Assembly (NCBI GenBank): GCA_963663235.2
Contig: CAXXNO010000004.1
Location: 886,830 to 950,829, forward strand
Direction: 5' to 3'
DNA from: Dehalococcoidia bacterium
GTDB lineage: Bacteria > Chloroflexota > Dehalococcoidia > Bin125
Length of the DNA: 64,000 nucleotides
Made by a program: the position numbers and the translations under genes. The first letter of the stretch is position 1, and every line of letters starts with the position of its first letter. Under the pieces are notes generated by a model, which had not been told where the DNA came from, did not search any database, and was given only the letters and a program-made list of their open reading frames with translations. Below are positions 62,939-64,000 of this stretch, one piece after another.

Positions 62939-64000
62939 TGACCTGCCCCCCCAGAACCGGTCCAGATCCTGTGCGAGGATTCGGGCCGGTGCGAAGGGAG
63001 TCGGCATGGCACGCAAGCGGTACGCGGCCGAGGAGATCATCGGCAAACTGCGGGAGGCGGAGGTGGTGCTCGCGCAGGGGGAATCGGTCGCGCCGGTCGC
63101 GCGCCGCCTCGGCGTGGCCGAGCCAACGTATTACCGCTGGCGGCGGGAGTACGGGGGGCTGCGGGTCAACCAGGCCAAGCGGCTGAAAGAACGGGAGCGC
63201 GAGAACAGTCGGCTGAAGCGGGTGGTGGCCGATCAGGCGCGGGACAACGCGATGTTGGGGGACGTCGCAGCGGGAAACTTCTGCGCCCGGCCCAGCGGCG
63301 CCGGGCGACATCCTACCGCACGGACCCGTACGCGGTGTCGGAGCGGCGGGCCGGCCAGGTCACCGGCCAGGCGCGGGCGACACCGCGCTACGTGCCCCGG
63401 CCGTCCCCGGATGAGCCGGCGCTGATCGCGCGCAGCGTCGCGCTGGCCACCCGCTTCGGCCGCTACGGCTCCCGTCGCATCCCGGCCCGGCTGCGCCAGG
63501 CGGGCTGGCGGGTGAACCCCAAGCGGGTCGAGCGGCTCTGGCGTCAGGAAGGCTGGCGGGTCCCCGGGAAGCACCCCAAACGGGGCCGCCTCTGGCTCGC
63601 GGCCGGCGCGCTGGTGCGGCGGCGGGCCGAGCGGCCGTCCCACGGCTGGTCCGACGCCTTCGGCCTCGACCGCACCGCCGATGGGCGCCCGGTGCGGATC
63701 CTCGCCATCGTGGATGAGGACCACCCGCGAGGGCCTGCGTCTCGACGTCGCCCGCCGACGGCGCAGCGACGACGGCCTGGCGCGGTTGGCCCAGCTGTTC
63801 GTCGAGCGCGGGCCGCCGACGTTTCTGCGGTCCGCCAACGGCCCGGAGTTCACCGCCACCGCGGTACGGGACTGGCTGCACCGGGTCGGGGGCACGACCC
63901 TCTTCATCGAACCGGGCAGGCCTTGGGCGAACGGCTCTGGGGAATCGTTCAACGGCAAGCTGCGCGACGCGTGCCTCAATCGCGAGCGCTTCGACACCCT
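62939..64000 (+). mobile_element. IS3-family insertion sequence, second degenerate copy, runs off the window
   Basis: Same left inverted repeat as 48056; orfA starts at 63006 with its stop mutated TGA>TGC; about 97% identical to copy 1 by manual count. Confidence 0.93.

Overview
High-GC bacterial DNA, most consistent with Chloroflexota/Dehalococcoidia. This is an inference from the AGAAC-N4-GTTCT LexA boxes, the LLM/DinB/SDR-rich gene content and the small conserved hypothetical genes. About 1-47 kb is mostly core metabolism: amidase, pepN, a split purH (AICAR transformylase plus stand-alone IMP cyclohydrolase), aquaporin, 2-oxoacid:ferredoxin oxidoreductase, a two-component pair, tRNA-Pro(CGG), and an interrupted leuC-leuD-leuB-cimA cluster. 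A DUF3800 gene with a downstream structured-RNA candidate and a hicA remnant plus hicB sit between leuC and leuD. A decayed, indel-rich patch lies at about 27.6-29.6 kb. From about 47.3 kb the window is an accessory mosaic: an orphan vsr, two degenerate IS3 copies, and between them (i) an FHA gene cluster centred on an unusual FHA-NarK-like MFS-FHA fusion, (ii) an HxlR/acyl-CoA dehydrogenase cassette bounded by 96-bp direct repeats derived from a tyrosine integrase tail, and (iii) a DM13 / membrane-anchored NDH-2 / His-repeat membrane protein operon that looks like an uncharacterised transmembrane redox module. No CRISPR array or rRNA was seen. All calls come from motif recognition by eye; no database searches were run.
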